From Planctomycetia bacterium (GTDB lineage: Bacteria; Planctomycetota; Planctomycetia; Pirellulales; Pirellulaceae): DNA of 33,664 nucleotides. A program made the position numbers and the translations under genes. The notes under the pieces were generated by a model, which had not been told where the DNA came from, made no database searches, and worked only from the letters and a program-made list of their open reading frames with translations. Shown piece after piece: positions 1-9,117 of the stretch. The stretch spans positions 1 through 33,664 of the forward strand of contig JANNNN010000023.1 of the NCBI GenBank assembly GCA_031398555.1, given 5' to 3'. Position 1 is the stretch's first letter. Each line of letters opens with the position of its first letter.

Positions 1-315
1 GCCAGCTACCAAACGGAATCCTCGAATTGTTCACGGGCTGAGCAAAGAAACGCTTCACAACGTTGCCTTGCGGGGCTGGCGAAGCGTTGCGTGCGACAGT
101 CGGGGGGCACGTAAGCCCGAAAAGGCCGCAAAGAACGTGCCCATCGCGGCGGTCCCAGGCTACGAAATCTTGAAAATCCGCTGTCCGATTGCTATTTGAC
201 CTAGCGAATCGGCTGGTTTTTCGCAAAGATATGCGATTCGTAGCTTCGGACCATTGTCCTAAGCATCCTACGAGCCTATTCAAACAGTTATGCTCGTAGA
301 TTTGTTGAACCTGGA

Positions 316-675
316 GTGAGTGCGATGAGCCAAAAATTGATGGAACTGGTTGAAAAAAGTTCCCTAAAAGCCGAGCCACCAAAATTTGACATTGGTGACA
401 CAGTCGATGTTCACACAAAGATTCTTGAAGGCACAAAAGAGCGCATTCAGATTTTTTCCGGCGTCGTAATCGCTCGCAGCGGTAGTGGTACACGCTCCAT
501 GTTCGTCGTCCGCCGCATCGTGGCTGGCGAAGGTGTTGAGCGCAAGTTCCCGCTTCACTCGCCCAAGATTGATAAGGTCGAAGTAAAGCGCCGCAGCGTT
601 GTACGCCGCGCCAAACTGTACTTCCTACGCGATCGCAGCGGCAAGGCAACGCGACTCACCGAACGCCGCGTCTAA
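316..675 (+). CDS. rplS: 50S ribosomal protein L19
   Basis: Hallmark L19 motifs GDTVDVH, ERIQIFSGVVIAR, VRRIVAGEGVERKFPLHSP and VRRAKLYFLRDR. The true start may be the ATG at 325 (GGAG upstream). Confidence 0.98.
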   Translation: MSAMSQKLMELVEKSSLKAEPPKFDIGDTVDVHTKILEGTKERIQIFSGVVIARSGSGTRSMFVVRRIVAGEGVERKFPLHSPKIDKVEVKRRSVVRRAKLYFLRDRSGKATRLTERRV

Positions 676-742
676 ATAGCCTAGGCTTACAACTGGGGTT
701 AACTTACCCTTCCAGTGCATCCAGCCTGAGAAGTAAACGAAA

Positions 743-1186
743 ATGTTCGAATGGTGCAGACAATGGATCGGTCGTTGGATACCAACCAGCGACCGTCTTG
801 CGTTGGGGCCCGCAGGCGAAAAAGCGGCCGCGAACTATTTGAAGGAACGTGGCTATCGCATTCTGGCGCGCGGTCACCGTCAGCGGCTTGGCGAGATCGA
901 CTTGATTGCTCTCGATGGTAAATGGATGGTTTTCGTTGAAGTAAAAACCTGGGCTTCGAACCAGGGCGGTGACCCTTCCCAGGCAGTCGATGCTCGCAAG
1001 CAGGAAAAACTGACTCGAGCGGCTTTAATCTACCTCAAGCGTCACGGCTTGCTTGAACAACCGGCACGCTTTGATGTCGTATCCATCGTTTGGCCCAGTT
1101 CGGGCAATGATGTAAAATCGGTACCAACTGTCCGACACTTTAAGAACGCATTCGATGCGATCGGTAGCGGGCAAATGTACCGATAG
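743..1186 (+). CDS. yraN: YraN family (UPF0102) predicted endonuclease
   Basis: GEKAAANYLKERGYRIL, GEIDLIA, VFVEVK and RFDVVSI motifs; usual position downstream of rplS. Confidence 0.93.
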   Translation: MFEWCRQWIGRWIPTSDRLALGPAGEKAAANYLKERGYRILARGHRQRLGEIDLIALDGKWMVFVEVKTWASNQGGDPSQAVDARKQEKLTRAALIYLKRHGLLEQPARFDVVSIVWPSSGNDVKSVPTVRHFKNAFDAIGSGQMYR

Positions 1187-1210
1187 TCCGCATGCACTAA
1201 CGAGCAAGCT

Positions 1211-1936
1211 GTGATACCGACCCACTTAGCCGAGAGCCTTGCACCGGAGAATATCTCCAAACCGCCCGCAGTGGTATTACTCAGCGGTGGGCTGGATTCG
1301 GCCACAGTTTTGGCGATTGCTCAGCGCGATGGTTACGCCGTCCACGCGATCAGTTTCCGTTACGGGCAACGACACAAAGTCGAACTGCAGCGGGCCACCG
1401 AATTGGCTTCCAAAGCCAAGGTTGCGGGGCATGTTATGATGGACATCGATCTCACCAAATTCGGCGGCTCAGCTTTGACGAGCGATATAGCTGTGCCAAA
1501 GCACGATTCGGCCGACCAAATTGGAACAGAGATTCCGGTGACTTACGTGCCCGCTCGCAACACAGTATTTCTTTCACTCGCGCTGGCCTATGCGGAGAGT
1601 GTTGGCGCATCGGACATCTTTGTGGGTGTCAATGCCCTCGATTACAGCGGCTACCCGGACTGCCGCCCTGAGTACATTTCGGCGTTTGAACAACTTGCAA
1701 ATCTCGCTACCAAAGCGGCGATAGAGGGTTCGCAACGGATCAAGATTCATACGCCGCTCATTGAATTGACCAAAGCCCAAATCATCGAACTGGGAATGCG
1801 GTTGGGCGTTGATTACGCGCGTACATCCAGTTGCTACGATCCGACGCCAGATGGGAAACCTTGCCAGCGCTGCGATTCGTGCTTGCTCCGCATGCGCGGC
1901 TTCGAGCAAAATGGGCTGACCGATCCGGCGATCTAA
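1211..1936 (+). CDS. queC: 7-cyano-7-deazaguanine synthase
   Basis: [31 protein letters not shown] and the C-terminal zinc site SCY...CQRCDSC. Confidence 0.97.
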   Translation: MIPTHLAESLAPENISKPPAVVLLSGGLDSATVLAIAQRDGYAVHAISFRYGQRHKVELQRATELASKAKVAGHVMMDIDLTKFGGSALTSDIAVPKHDSADQIGTEIPVTYVPARNTVFLSLALAYAESVGASDIFVGVNALDYSGYPDCRPEYISAFEQLANLATKAAIEGSQRIKIHTPLIELTKAQIIELGMRLGVDYARTSSCYDPTPDGKPCQRCDSCLLRMRGFEQNGLTDPAI

Positions 1937-1953
1937 ACTGGGCATTGTGTTAG

Positions 1954-2028
1954 GTAGCTGGTTTCGTCAGAAACCGGAGGCGAAGGAGAGGACTCTGACA
2001 ACCAGCGGTTTCTGACGAAACCAGCTAC
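1954..2028. repeat. GTAG-type REP doublet (REPIN-like), copy 1
   Basis: Perfect 23 bp inverted repeat GTAGCTGGTTTCGTCAGAAACCG (1954-1976 / 2006-2028) with a 29 bp spacer. Each arm has an internal hairpin GGTTTC-GTCA-GAAACC. Confidence 0.85.
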
Positions 2029-2093
2029 GTTTACTCATCCAAAGTGCCTCACAGCGTTGCCCATTGGGGTAAAACTGATCATCCCTGCACTGA

Positions 2094-2152
2094 CCCAGGG
2101 TAGCTCGCTGCGCTTTGCAACCCTGGGCTATGATGCGTAACTCCTTCGGAGT
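2094..2152. repeat. Double-hairpin extragenic palindromic element
   Basis: CCCAGGGT...ACCCTGGG (2094-2127) followed by ACTCC-TTC-GGAGT (2140-2152), between convergent genes. Single copy in this window. Confidence 0.5.
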
Positions 2153-2211
2153 AAAAAAGTGTGCAGGTGCGGTCCCACGGATGATTACTGAAAACCTTTA
2201 GGATTAGATCC

Positions 2212-4350
2212 TTACGAGCCTGGCAGCCAAAGTTTGCTCTTCGATTCCTGGGGATCTGCTTGTCCCGGAAGAACCAAGCCGCTGGCGGATTCTGGAGGTT
2301 CGTCGCCGAGCATCCCGCCCATCATGGGGTCAGGACCGCGACCACGACCGGCTCCCCGGGTTTGCTCCATAATGTACTGCATAAAGCTGAGGATATACGG
2401 ATCGTTGGGGTGCTTCTTCGTTGCATTCAGCATGCACTCTTGAGCTTCTTGAACTCGCCCAGCGGCTTGTAGAAGTCCCATGCGTTGAATGACCGCGCGG
2501 CCGACAGGAGCACCCGCTTTCTCAAGCGCTGTTTCCAACTGCTCGCAATACTTGATCTTAACGTCGACTGTGGTTTCGAACGAGATCATGCCGCTGAGAG
2601 CTGCAATGCGGATGGGGCTATCTGCCAGTTTCTCGCGGCTCAGGACTTCCTTTGCGCAGTGGTAATAAACTCGATACGCACCAAGTGAAATAGCGCGACC
2701 GGTGATGGCTTGCAACTGATTATCTGAAAGCTGCTTGCTATCGATTCGATCCAAATCGACAACGCTTGTCAACTGAATGTTCTCTGACTGAGGATTTACG
2801 GTCAGAGTTGGTCGAGGCAAATCCAAGCGACGGTAGACTTCGTCGATCGACTCGCCGGGCACGACAAATGATTGCTCCCCTTCTAAGTGTACGAGCAACC
2901 CGCGGATGATTGCCCGCTTGCGTTCGTCCTTCGAAGCGTCGAGCACGGTTTGGTTGTCTAGAATTGGCATTTGGCAATTCAAGAAATCGTCAACCAACTC
3001 CTGACCACGTTGCTCATAGGACAGCCCCATTCCAGGCGACGCCACGAGCACTTTAGGACGCCTTAACAGCAACGGATATGGACTGTCCGATGGAATATGA
3101 TGGCCGTCGATGTCATTGCCGAGTTGAAGATTATCAAGCAGTCGATCCAATTGCTCTTTCTGCTTGGCCATGTTTCGTGCCACCAGCAAGACTCGAGCTG
3201 GACGATCGGTTTGCTTGCCAAAGGTTACAACCGTCGCGACGAATTGAGCGATTTCGTTTTCGTTAGCGGCGGGTTCGCCGATAATCTGCCCCTTGCCAAC
3301 TGAGAATGGTCGATCGTAAATTGCAAAGACTCGCTTCGCAGGTACTTCGTCATTCACAGCGGAGGCATAGAAGTGCCGCATTTGCTCCGCTTCTTGACCG
3401 CCGTAGGGTTGAGCAATATCGAGTTTCTCGAGCGATTCATGAACGCGTTCGTCCGAATCGACTTCGCAGTATCGAACGAGCATCGGCGAATTGATCGACT
3501 TTTGCCCGGGTTCGATTTCAAAGGCGAGTGCCAAGAAATACGCTCGCTCTTCAGCCGAAATTTGCATGTTTTCGGAGAGCTTCTTGGCAGTCGCAAAGGC
3601 TCCCTCTTGATCGAGCTGTGCGTACTGGGCTCGCAGCAAGTGCGACAGCGTGCTTGGTTGATCCGGGAAATCGCGAAGGATCGCTCGCAGTTTGGTTTCC
3701 GCTTGCGGATAGCGGAAAGTCCGCGCTAATGATGAAACCTCCGCCAATCTTTCTTTGCCCAAAGACACCAGCGTGTTCTCAACGACGCGTGTCGGGGTTT
3801 TGGCCAGTAGGTTTAACGTTGGCTCTTTAAGCGGCGACTCTTCGCTTGATTCGGAGTCGGGCAGCAGGGTATTGAGAATGTCGCACCAGAAGCCCATCAT
3901 CGACGATTTGTCTTTATCAACCATCGTGCGAATCAGCACTTGAATGGCTGGCAAGGTCATCGATGGGAAGGTCTCGCGAGACTCTGACATACCCTGCAAC
4001 AGATACCGAGCTGCGTTTTCAAGCGGTTCTTCATCATTGCACGCGACCATCGAACGCATGACTAGGGCCAGTGGATTATCTGGTTTCAGTTTCAGAAACC
4101 GAATTGCCGTTTCACGAAATGTTTCAAATTCTTGCATCGCCAGCGACAGTTCACATTTTATCGCCAGCAGCCAGGCTGTATTTGGGGTCTTGGCAAGCAA
4201 CTGGTTGATTCGATCCAGGGCCGCGAGTTCCTGCCCGCCCTCAGCCAGTCGCATAATCGTTTCCAGCTCTTGTGGCTGTTCGACGCACTTGCAGAACTTA
4301 AGCTTCTTGCCGTTGCCACAAGGGCAGGGTGCGTAACTATCGATTGTCAT
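2212..4350 (-). CDS. SEC-C-like zinc-motif protein with helical TPR-like repeats
   Basis: The N-terminus MTIDSYAPCPCGNGKKLKFCKC matches the SEC-C pattern CPCGSGKKYKxC; TPR-like segments such as LKLKPDNPLAL and LRDFPDQP. The ATG at 4350 is preferred over 4410. Confidence 0.8.
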   Translation of the reverse strand: MTIDSYAPCPCGNGKKLKFCKCVEQPQELETIMRLAEGGQELAALDRINQLLAKTPNTAWLLAIKCELSLAMQEFETFRETAIRFLKLKPDNPLALVMRSMVACNDEEPLENAARYLLQGMSESRETFPSMTLPAIQVLIRTMVDKDKSSMMGFWCDILNTLLPDSESSEESPLKEPTLNLLAKTPTRVVENTLVSLGKERLAEVSSLARTFRYPQAETKLRAILRDFPDQPSTLSHLLRAQYAQLDQEGAFATAKKLSENMQISAEERAYFLALAFEIEPGQKSINSPMLVRYCEVDSDERVHESLEKLDIAQPYGGQEAEQMRHFYASAVNDEVPAKRVFAIYDRPFSVGKGQIIGEPAANENEIAQFVATVVTFGKQTDRPARVLLVARNMAKQKEQLDRLLDNLQLGNDIDGHHIPSDSPYPLLLRRPKVLVASPGMGLSYEQRGQELVDDFLNCQMPILDNQTVLDASKDERKRAIIRGLLVHLEGEQSFVVPGESIDEVYRRLDLPRPTLTVNPQSENIQLTSVVDLDRIDSKQLSDNQLQAITGRAISLGAYRVYYHCAKEVLSREKLADSPIRIAALSGMISFETTVDVKIKYCEQLETALEKAGAPVGRAVIQRMGLLQAAGRVQEAQECMLNATKKHPNDPYILSFMQYIMEQTRGAGRGRGPDPMMGGMLGDEPPESASGLVLPGQADPQESKSKLWLPGS

Positions 4351-4460
4351 CGGAAACTTCCTAGGTTTAAGGCGTAATGGTCGGCTTTTTGAACCGAACT
4401 TTTTCGGCATTATTCAATTGAACTCTAGTGCAAGCCAAGATTATGCTCGCAAAAGTGATC

Positions 4461-4540
4461 GCCACATGGCTGATGCCGCTAGCGTAGGTCATTCCGTGGC
4501 CGACGCTGCCAGCCTCTGGTTTCCCGTGGCTAACATCGGC
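4461..4540. repeat. Degenerate 30 bp-period tandem repeat, possibly REP-derived
   Basis: RTGGC recurs at 4466, 4496 and 4526. Units ATGGCTGATGCCGCTAGC and GTGGCCGACGCTGCCAGC. Confidence 0.45.
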
Positions 4541-4675
4541 TATTGCGAGCCTGAAGGCGGAACCGCACAAATCTGGCGAGTCATAAGACTGAAGATTTTA
4601 TCAAACTGCGCCTCGTAAGGCGAGCGGCTGTTTCTAGCCGGGTTTACGTGGCTGGAGGGGCAGCAACGGGTCGCC

Positions 4676-5935
4676 CTATGCGGCTGGACGCCACAAAACC
4701 TGAGAAAGCGAAGATTTGGGAAGCCGACGGTAACGCGAATCACTTTCGTCGGGCTGGAGAATCTTGTGGTCTGAAAAACGGAGATCGATCAACGTTTGTG
4801 CTGGCGAATCGAGCTTCACCACAGGCTGCAGGTAGGAAGAACCTGTACTTCGCAATACGGTCGCTCGCGTTCCATCGTCTAACTGCACCTTGGTACCCAC
4901 TGGGTAGATGCTGGCAGCGGCGACAAGGGCTTGAACACAGGTTCGGTCAAAGTAACCGAACAGGGCGTACTGTACCAAGTAAGCCAGCGCGTCGGACGGC
5001 TCGACGCCCGGTTCGCCCCCTTCCATCGGCTCAATCAATGTCAAATAAGCATCAACAACATTCAGCAAGCGACTGACCGGGTGCAGCCTCACTGATTTTA
5101 AGTGACGCGGGTATCCGCTGCCATCACATTGCTCGTGAACTTGGCCGACAATGATTCGCATCTGGTCGGTTATACCAAACGTGTTTCGGAGTACGTCGAC
5201 GCTTCGCAAAGGGTGTTCTAAAAACTCTTCGTCTAGCGGCGAGTAGGTGCCACCGTAAAGTGAGATATCATGGATGGCTCCGACAACGCCCGCGGTCAGA
5301 CAATCGGCCTGGGATAATTTAAGTTTATCTGCCGCGACTGTTGCGAGCATCGCCATCCGAACACTCCGGCGTTGCAGCGCCTCATCGCGGGAGTTAATTT
5401 CCTGATCATCCAGGCCCATGCAAGCGGCCAACACGACCCCTGCGTCCTTGATCGTTTCCTGCAGATAGCTGGATACAACTTCTTCGATCACTTCGGTACT
5501 GGTCGATTCGCCATCGTGCAGTTCATTGACAAATCCTGCCATCGCTTCCGTGATTCGACAATAGTTATATTCTAATTGCTGTTTCGCCCCCTCGTCGTAC
5601 GGAACAGCCAACTCGCGTCGACCAGTCGAAGTGGCAGCGCGACTATCGTTTAGATAAACTTCGCGAATGCCTGAGTCTGCCAGGCGCTGAAGAAGCGCCG
5701 CGGTGACCGGCAGACCCGCCCCAAGCAGCCTGACACCTCGGCTGTCACATAGATTGGCAGTTAATATCTGGCCGACTTTTAAAGATCCATTCAAGTTATT
5801 TTGGCCGGCGATTTCTATAGTGTGAATCGAACGCCCCCTTTTTGCTAGCAGCAAATTCGCCCACTTCCCTTGAGGCGTTGAGGATGCGTGCGTTAGACCT
5901 TGCAGTCGTGTGAGATGGCCCTTAGGTCGACCCAT
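4676..5935 (-). CDS. HD-GYP domain protein (putative cyclic di-nucleotide phosphodiesterase)
   Basis: GAIHDIS, EHPLRS, QVHEQCDGSGYP, VVDAY and YPVGTKVQLDDG motifs. The start is uncertain and probably lies downstream of 5935. Confidence 0.88.
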   Translation of the reverse strand: MGRPKGHLTRLQGLTHASSTPQGKWANLLLAKRGRSIHTIEIAGQNNLNGSLKVGQILTANLCDSRGVRLLGAGLPVTAALLQRLADSGIREVYLNDSRAATSTGRRELAVPYDEGAKQQLEYNYCRITEAMAGFVNELHDGESTSTEVIEEVVSSYLQETIKDAGVVLAACMGLDDQEINSRDEALQRRSVRMAMLATVAADKLKLSQADCLTAGVVGAIHDISLYGGTYSPLDEEFLEHPLRSVDVLRNTFGITDQMRIIVGQVHEQCDGSGYPRHLKSVRLHPVSRLLNVVDAYLTLIEPMEGGEPGVEPSDALAYLVQYALFGYFDRTCVQALVAAASIYPVGTKVQLDDGTRATVLRSTGSSYLQPVVKLDSPAQTLIDLRFSDHKILQPDESDSRYRRLPKSSLSQVLWRPAA

Positions 5936-6384
5936 TGTGTGTCATGTTTACAGCCGTAAGGATCATCGGCAAAGGCACTCTAATAGCATTAGAATTAGAG
6001 CCGGTTTCCGCACTTCCTCCGAAACAGTTTTTTCTAGGAGGCCAAAGTGGAAAAGTCGTCCTACCAATAGAATTCGCGTCCCTTCAAAGCCCTCCCCTTT
6101 GGCGTCTACATCGCCTCCCTCGCGTCGCTCTCCCTTTGACGTGCGACGAACAGTCGTTGCGTTCCCTCCAAGACTCCTTGCATTATGGTCCCATTCCGGT
6201 GTTTTAGTGAAGCGTCAAGATTGAATTTTCGGCTCGGGTAGCACTCCCTGATTACTCGAAAAGAGTGGTGTGGAACGCTCGAGTCAGGACCCTTCAAGTA
6301 CTCAGGGCGTGCCAACCGAAACAACTGCAATCCTAAAAGCCAATCCTGATGCTCCACAAAGGACTAGTTTCTATGCATCCTCCA

Positions 6385-6400
6385 TGGCACCGAATTTGCT
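6385..6400 (+). promoter_or_regulatory. sigma54 -24/-12 promoter
   Basis: TGGCAC-CGAAT-TTGCT, full consensus with GG-N10-GC spacing, ~105 bp upstream of the receiver gene at 6506. Confidence 0.8.
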
Positions 6401-6423
6401 TAATCACCGAATTTGCTTAATCA
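6388..6423 (+). repeat. 17 bp perfect tandem duplication
   Basis: CACCGAATTTGCTTAAT at 6388-6404 and 6405-6421. Confidence 0.92.
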
Positions 6424-6505
6424 AAGCTTTTGTAGTTGCAGCTGGTGCCGCTGAGCGGAATTTTGCGATCCCAGTGCTTAGGCGTTTTGAGATTGAGATG
6501 AGCCA

Positions 6506-6919
6506 ATGGCAGGCCATATTTATGCACTTGTGGTCGATGACGATCATAGCTCACTTCTCGTGATGTCGCGGACCGTATTTCAGGCTGGTTACACACCGGT
6601 TAGCGCCTCCGATGGCCAATCGGGATGGCTTCTTGCCGAAGGCCTGTCGCCAAAAGTAATTATTACCGATCTCGATATGTCACCTTGGGGAGGTTTGCGA
6701 TTGATTGAAGCAATACGTACGTCAAAGAACCCTGCCGTTCGTGAGACCCCGATCATTGTCTGCAGCGCAACCGATGACTTAATGGCAAAAAAAACTGCCA
6801 TCGAAGCCGGAGCCACTCGTTTTATAAAAAAACCGATCCGGATTTTAGAACTGTGCGATCTAATTGTTCAGGTGGTGACCGAAAAAACGCAGTCTTGGAA
6901 ATCTCGCAAGCTGTGTTAG
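6506..6919 (+). CDS. Single-domain response regulator (receiver)
   Basis: LVVDDD, IITDLDM (phosphoacceptor Asp), IVCSA and AGATRFIKKP. Confidence 0.9.
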   Translation: MAGHIYALVVDDDHSSLLVMSRTVFQAGYTPVSASDGQSGWLLAEGLSPKVIITDLDMSPWGGLRLIEAIRTSKNPAVRETPIIVCSATDDLMAKKTAIEAGATRFIKKPIRILELCDLIVQVVTEKTQSWKSRKLC

Positions 6920-7090
6920 AAACTGGTACTTCAGGCAGTTCTGCCGAGCACGAGTCGAGTGCTGACTTGGCGGTGAGCAGGGTGTTACCGCGATGTGCCT
7001 TTATGCTGCCGATGCAAGGTGCGGGTCACCTGGTGCTATGTCTACCAGAACGCAAACAAGTTCCTCTCTTCTTTAAGTATCGATACGAAT

Positions 7091-8818
7091 ATGTTTAATA
7101 GGGTTCGAAAACTTCGAGGAAAATTGATTCCCCGTTTTGTGCGTCTCGCGATTCCGTATTTGAACTCAGAACAAAGGTGGACTGCCAGAGGCCTGTTCTT
7201 ACTGTTGATTTGCTTGATGCTGGCTGATACCTCGGTTGCTGTCTTGATGAACTGGCAAACCGGTGAATTTTCTACGGCACTCGCCGAACGAGATTCAGCT
7301 CGTTATTGGAAGTCTACCTATTTCACGATTCTACTTATCGTGATCGGTTTTCCGACCTACGGACTTTATTACTATGTTCGTGACCGTTTGACTTTGCACT
7401 GGCGGAGTTGGATGACATCCGATTTCTTGGCCAAGTATTTTGGCAATCGAAGGTACTACCAATTAACTTACTCATCATCCATCGATAATCCAGACCAACG
7501 AATGTCAGATGATATAAACTCGTTCACCTCGAAATCGATCTATTTCATGTTGATTTTCATTGAAACATGTCTGCAGATAATCGCTTTCAGTGGAGTGCTG
7601 TGGTACTTGTCGCAGACGTTGGTTTGGACCCTCCTCATATATGCTTTTGTCGGCACCTTTTTAACGACTTTTGTTTTTGGACGGCCCTTGGTGGCGCTCA
7701 ATTTCTTTCAGTTAAGGAATGAGGCGGACTTCCGATTCAGCTTAATTCGAGTTCGCGAGAACGCAGAATCTATTGCGTTTTATCGCGGAGAAGACAAAGA
7801 GCGAGGCTATGTGCAAGATCGTTTGGTCGATGTCCTTTCCAACACCCGACGCCTCGTTAACTGGCAATTTTTTCTGAATTCATTTCAAGCCCTGTATACG
7901 TCTGCGTCGTATGTGTTGCCTGCGATCATTTTGGCACCTTCGGTACTTAATGGTGACATGGAAGTGGGAGCCGTAGTGCAAGCGACAGGTGCTTTCGCAA
8001 AGGTCTTCGGCGCATTGAACGTCGTTGTTAGTAAGTTCGATCAACTCAGTTACTTTACGGCTGGGGTCGGTAGGCTCGATCGTTTTTCTAAGGCAATCCA
8101 AGACGTCGAGAATACGAACGAAACTTCAGAACGCATCGAATCAAAAGAAGTCGCGGCCTCTGAGCAATCCGGGTTTGAGCAGGTATCACTCGAGACTCCT
8201 GACGGCAAACGGAAGCTGGTCGAAGAACTGCAACTTGATATTGACCCAGGAAAACGACTCCTGATCGTTGGGGCTAGTGGCGGTGGCAAAAGTTCCCTAC
8301 TGCGAGCCTTCGCAGGCCTTTGGACGTTGGGAAAGGGCTCCATTCGTCGACCACCGCTAAACGACGTTTTATTTCTTCCCCAAAGACCCTATATGGTGGT
8401 TGGGACACTTCGCGATCAGCTGATGTACCCGCATGGCAATCCACAGTTGAGCGATCAAGATTTAGCCGATGCATTGGTCACTGTCCGCCTGCCAGCGTTG
8501 ATCGATCGCTTTGGAGGCTTGGACTCGGTCTGCGACTGGAGCAAGACCCTTTCACTTGGCGAGCAGCAGCGGGTTGCCATTGCGCGTGTTTTTCTTTCCG
8601 AACAGAAATTCATTGTTCTCGACGAAGCGACCAGCGCCCTGGACGAGGAAAATGAAACCGAGGTCTACGAAAAATTAGCTTCAACTGAAGTCACGCTAAT
8701 TAGTATAAGTCATCGCCCCAGTGTCGCCAGATTCCATAACGTAGTCCTACAACTTGATGGAGAAGGAGGGTGGTCGTTGATCTCTGCTGAGAAGTACATC
8801 GAGAGCTTGAAAGACTAA
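7091..8818 (+). CDS. ABC transporter fused permease/ATPase, ABCD (YddA/BacA-like) family
   Basis: DNPDQR, EAA-like motif EADFRFSLIRVRENAESIAFYRGE, Walker A GASGGGKS, FLPQRPY, LSLGEQQR and LDEATSALD. The ATG at 7091 is preferred over 6995. Confidence 0.92.
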   Translation: MFNRVRKLRGKLIPRFVRLAIPYLNSEQRWTARGLFLLLICLMLADTSVAVLMNWQTGEFSTALAERDSARYWKSTYFTILLIVIGFPTYGLYYYVRDRLTLHWRSWMTSDFLAKYFGNRRYYQLTYSSSIDNPDQRMSDDINSFTSKSIYFMLIFIETCLQIIAFSGVLWYLSQTLVWTLLIYAFVGTFLTTFVFGRPLVALNFFQLRNEADFRFSLIRVRENAESIAFYRGEDKERGYVQDRLVDVLSNTRRLVNWQFFLNSFQALYTSASYVLPAIILAPSVLNGDMEVGAVVQATGAFAKVFGALNVVVSKFDQLSYFTAGVGRLDRFSKAIQDVENTNETSERIESKEVAASEQSGFEQVSLETPDGKRKLVEELQLDIDPGKRLLIVGASGGGKSSLLRAFAGLWTLGKGSIRRPPLNDVLFLPQRPYMVVGTLRDQLMYPHGNPQLSDQDLADALVTVRLPALIDRFGGLDSVCDWSKTLSLGEQQRVAIARVFLSEQKFIVLDEATSALDEENETEVYEKLASTEVTLISISHRPSVARFHNVVLQLDGEGGWSLISAEKYIESLKD

Positions 8819-9117
8819 TTCAATCACTCATAGCTCGAGTTCTACTCTGTCCTCCAGTCTTTGCCGATGCAAAAAGGGTTCCAATAAACCACGAAGTGCA
8901 CTCTGCAGAAGGTTGTTCGACCGCATTAACCGAACTTGACCATGACGGATTTGTCGGTGGTAGCGAGTAGGTTCGGCCCAGAGGGCTTCGTTGGCGGCTA
9001 AGTGGGTTTTTCCAGCTTCTCGATCTCGACGTTCGCTGATCTAAAACTGCTCAGCATGTACGTTGAGCCCACAAAGTGAGTCCCATCTTGACACTTAACG
9101 GACCGGCGAAACGACTT

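Noticed and set aside
1-10. CCAGCTAC at the window start as the tail of a third REP doublet
   Set aside because: Only 8 bp are visible and the preceding base differs; plausible but not supportable.
49-165. Hairpins upstream of rplS with CGAAA...CGCAAAG resembling a c-di-GMP-I riboswitch or ribosomal leader
   Set aside because: The GGCAAAC core and correct P2/P3 pairing are missing; an Rfam scan would be needed.
2140-2158. Small hairpin plus A-run as an intrinsic terminator
   Set aside because: Neither strand has a U-tract 3' of the hairpin.
6297-6314. Minus-strand TGGCACG facing the HD-GYP gene
   Set aside because: The -12 position reads GAGT, with no GC at the required spacing.
8828-9040. 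Minus-strand frame containing AGKTHLAA (IstB/DnaA Walker A-like)
   Set aside because: No start codon ahead of the motif, no upstream Gly of the P-loop and no Walker B; probably chance.
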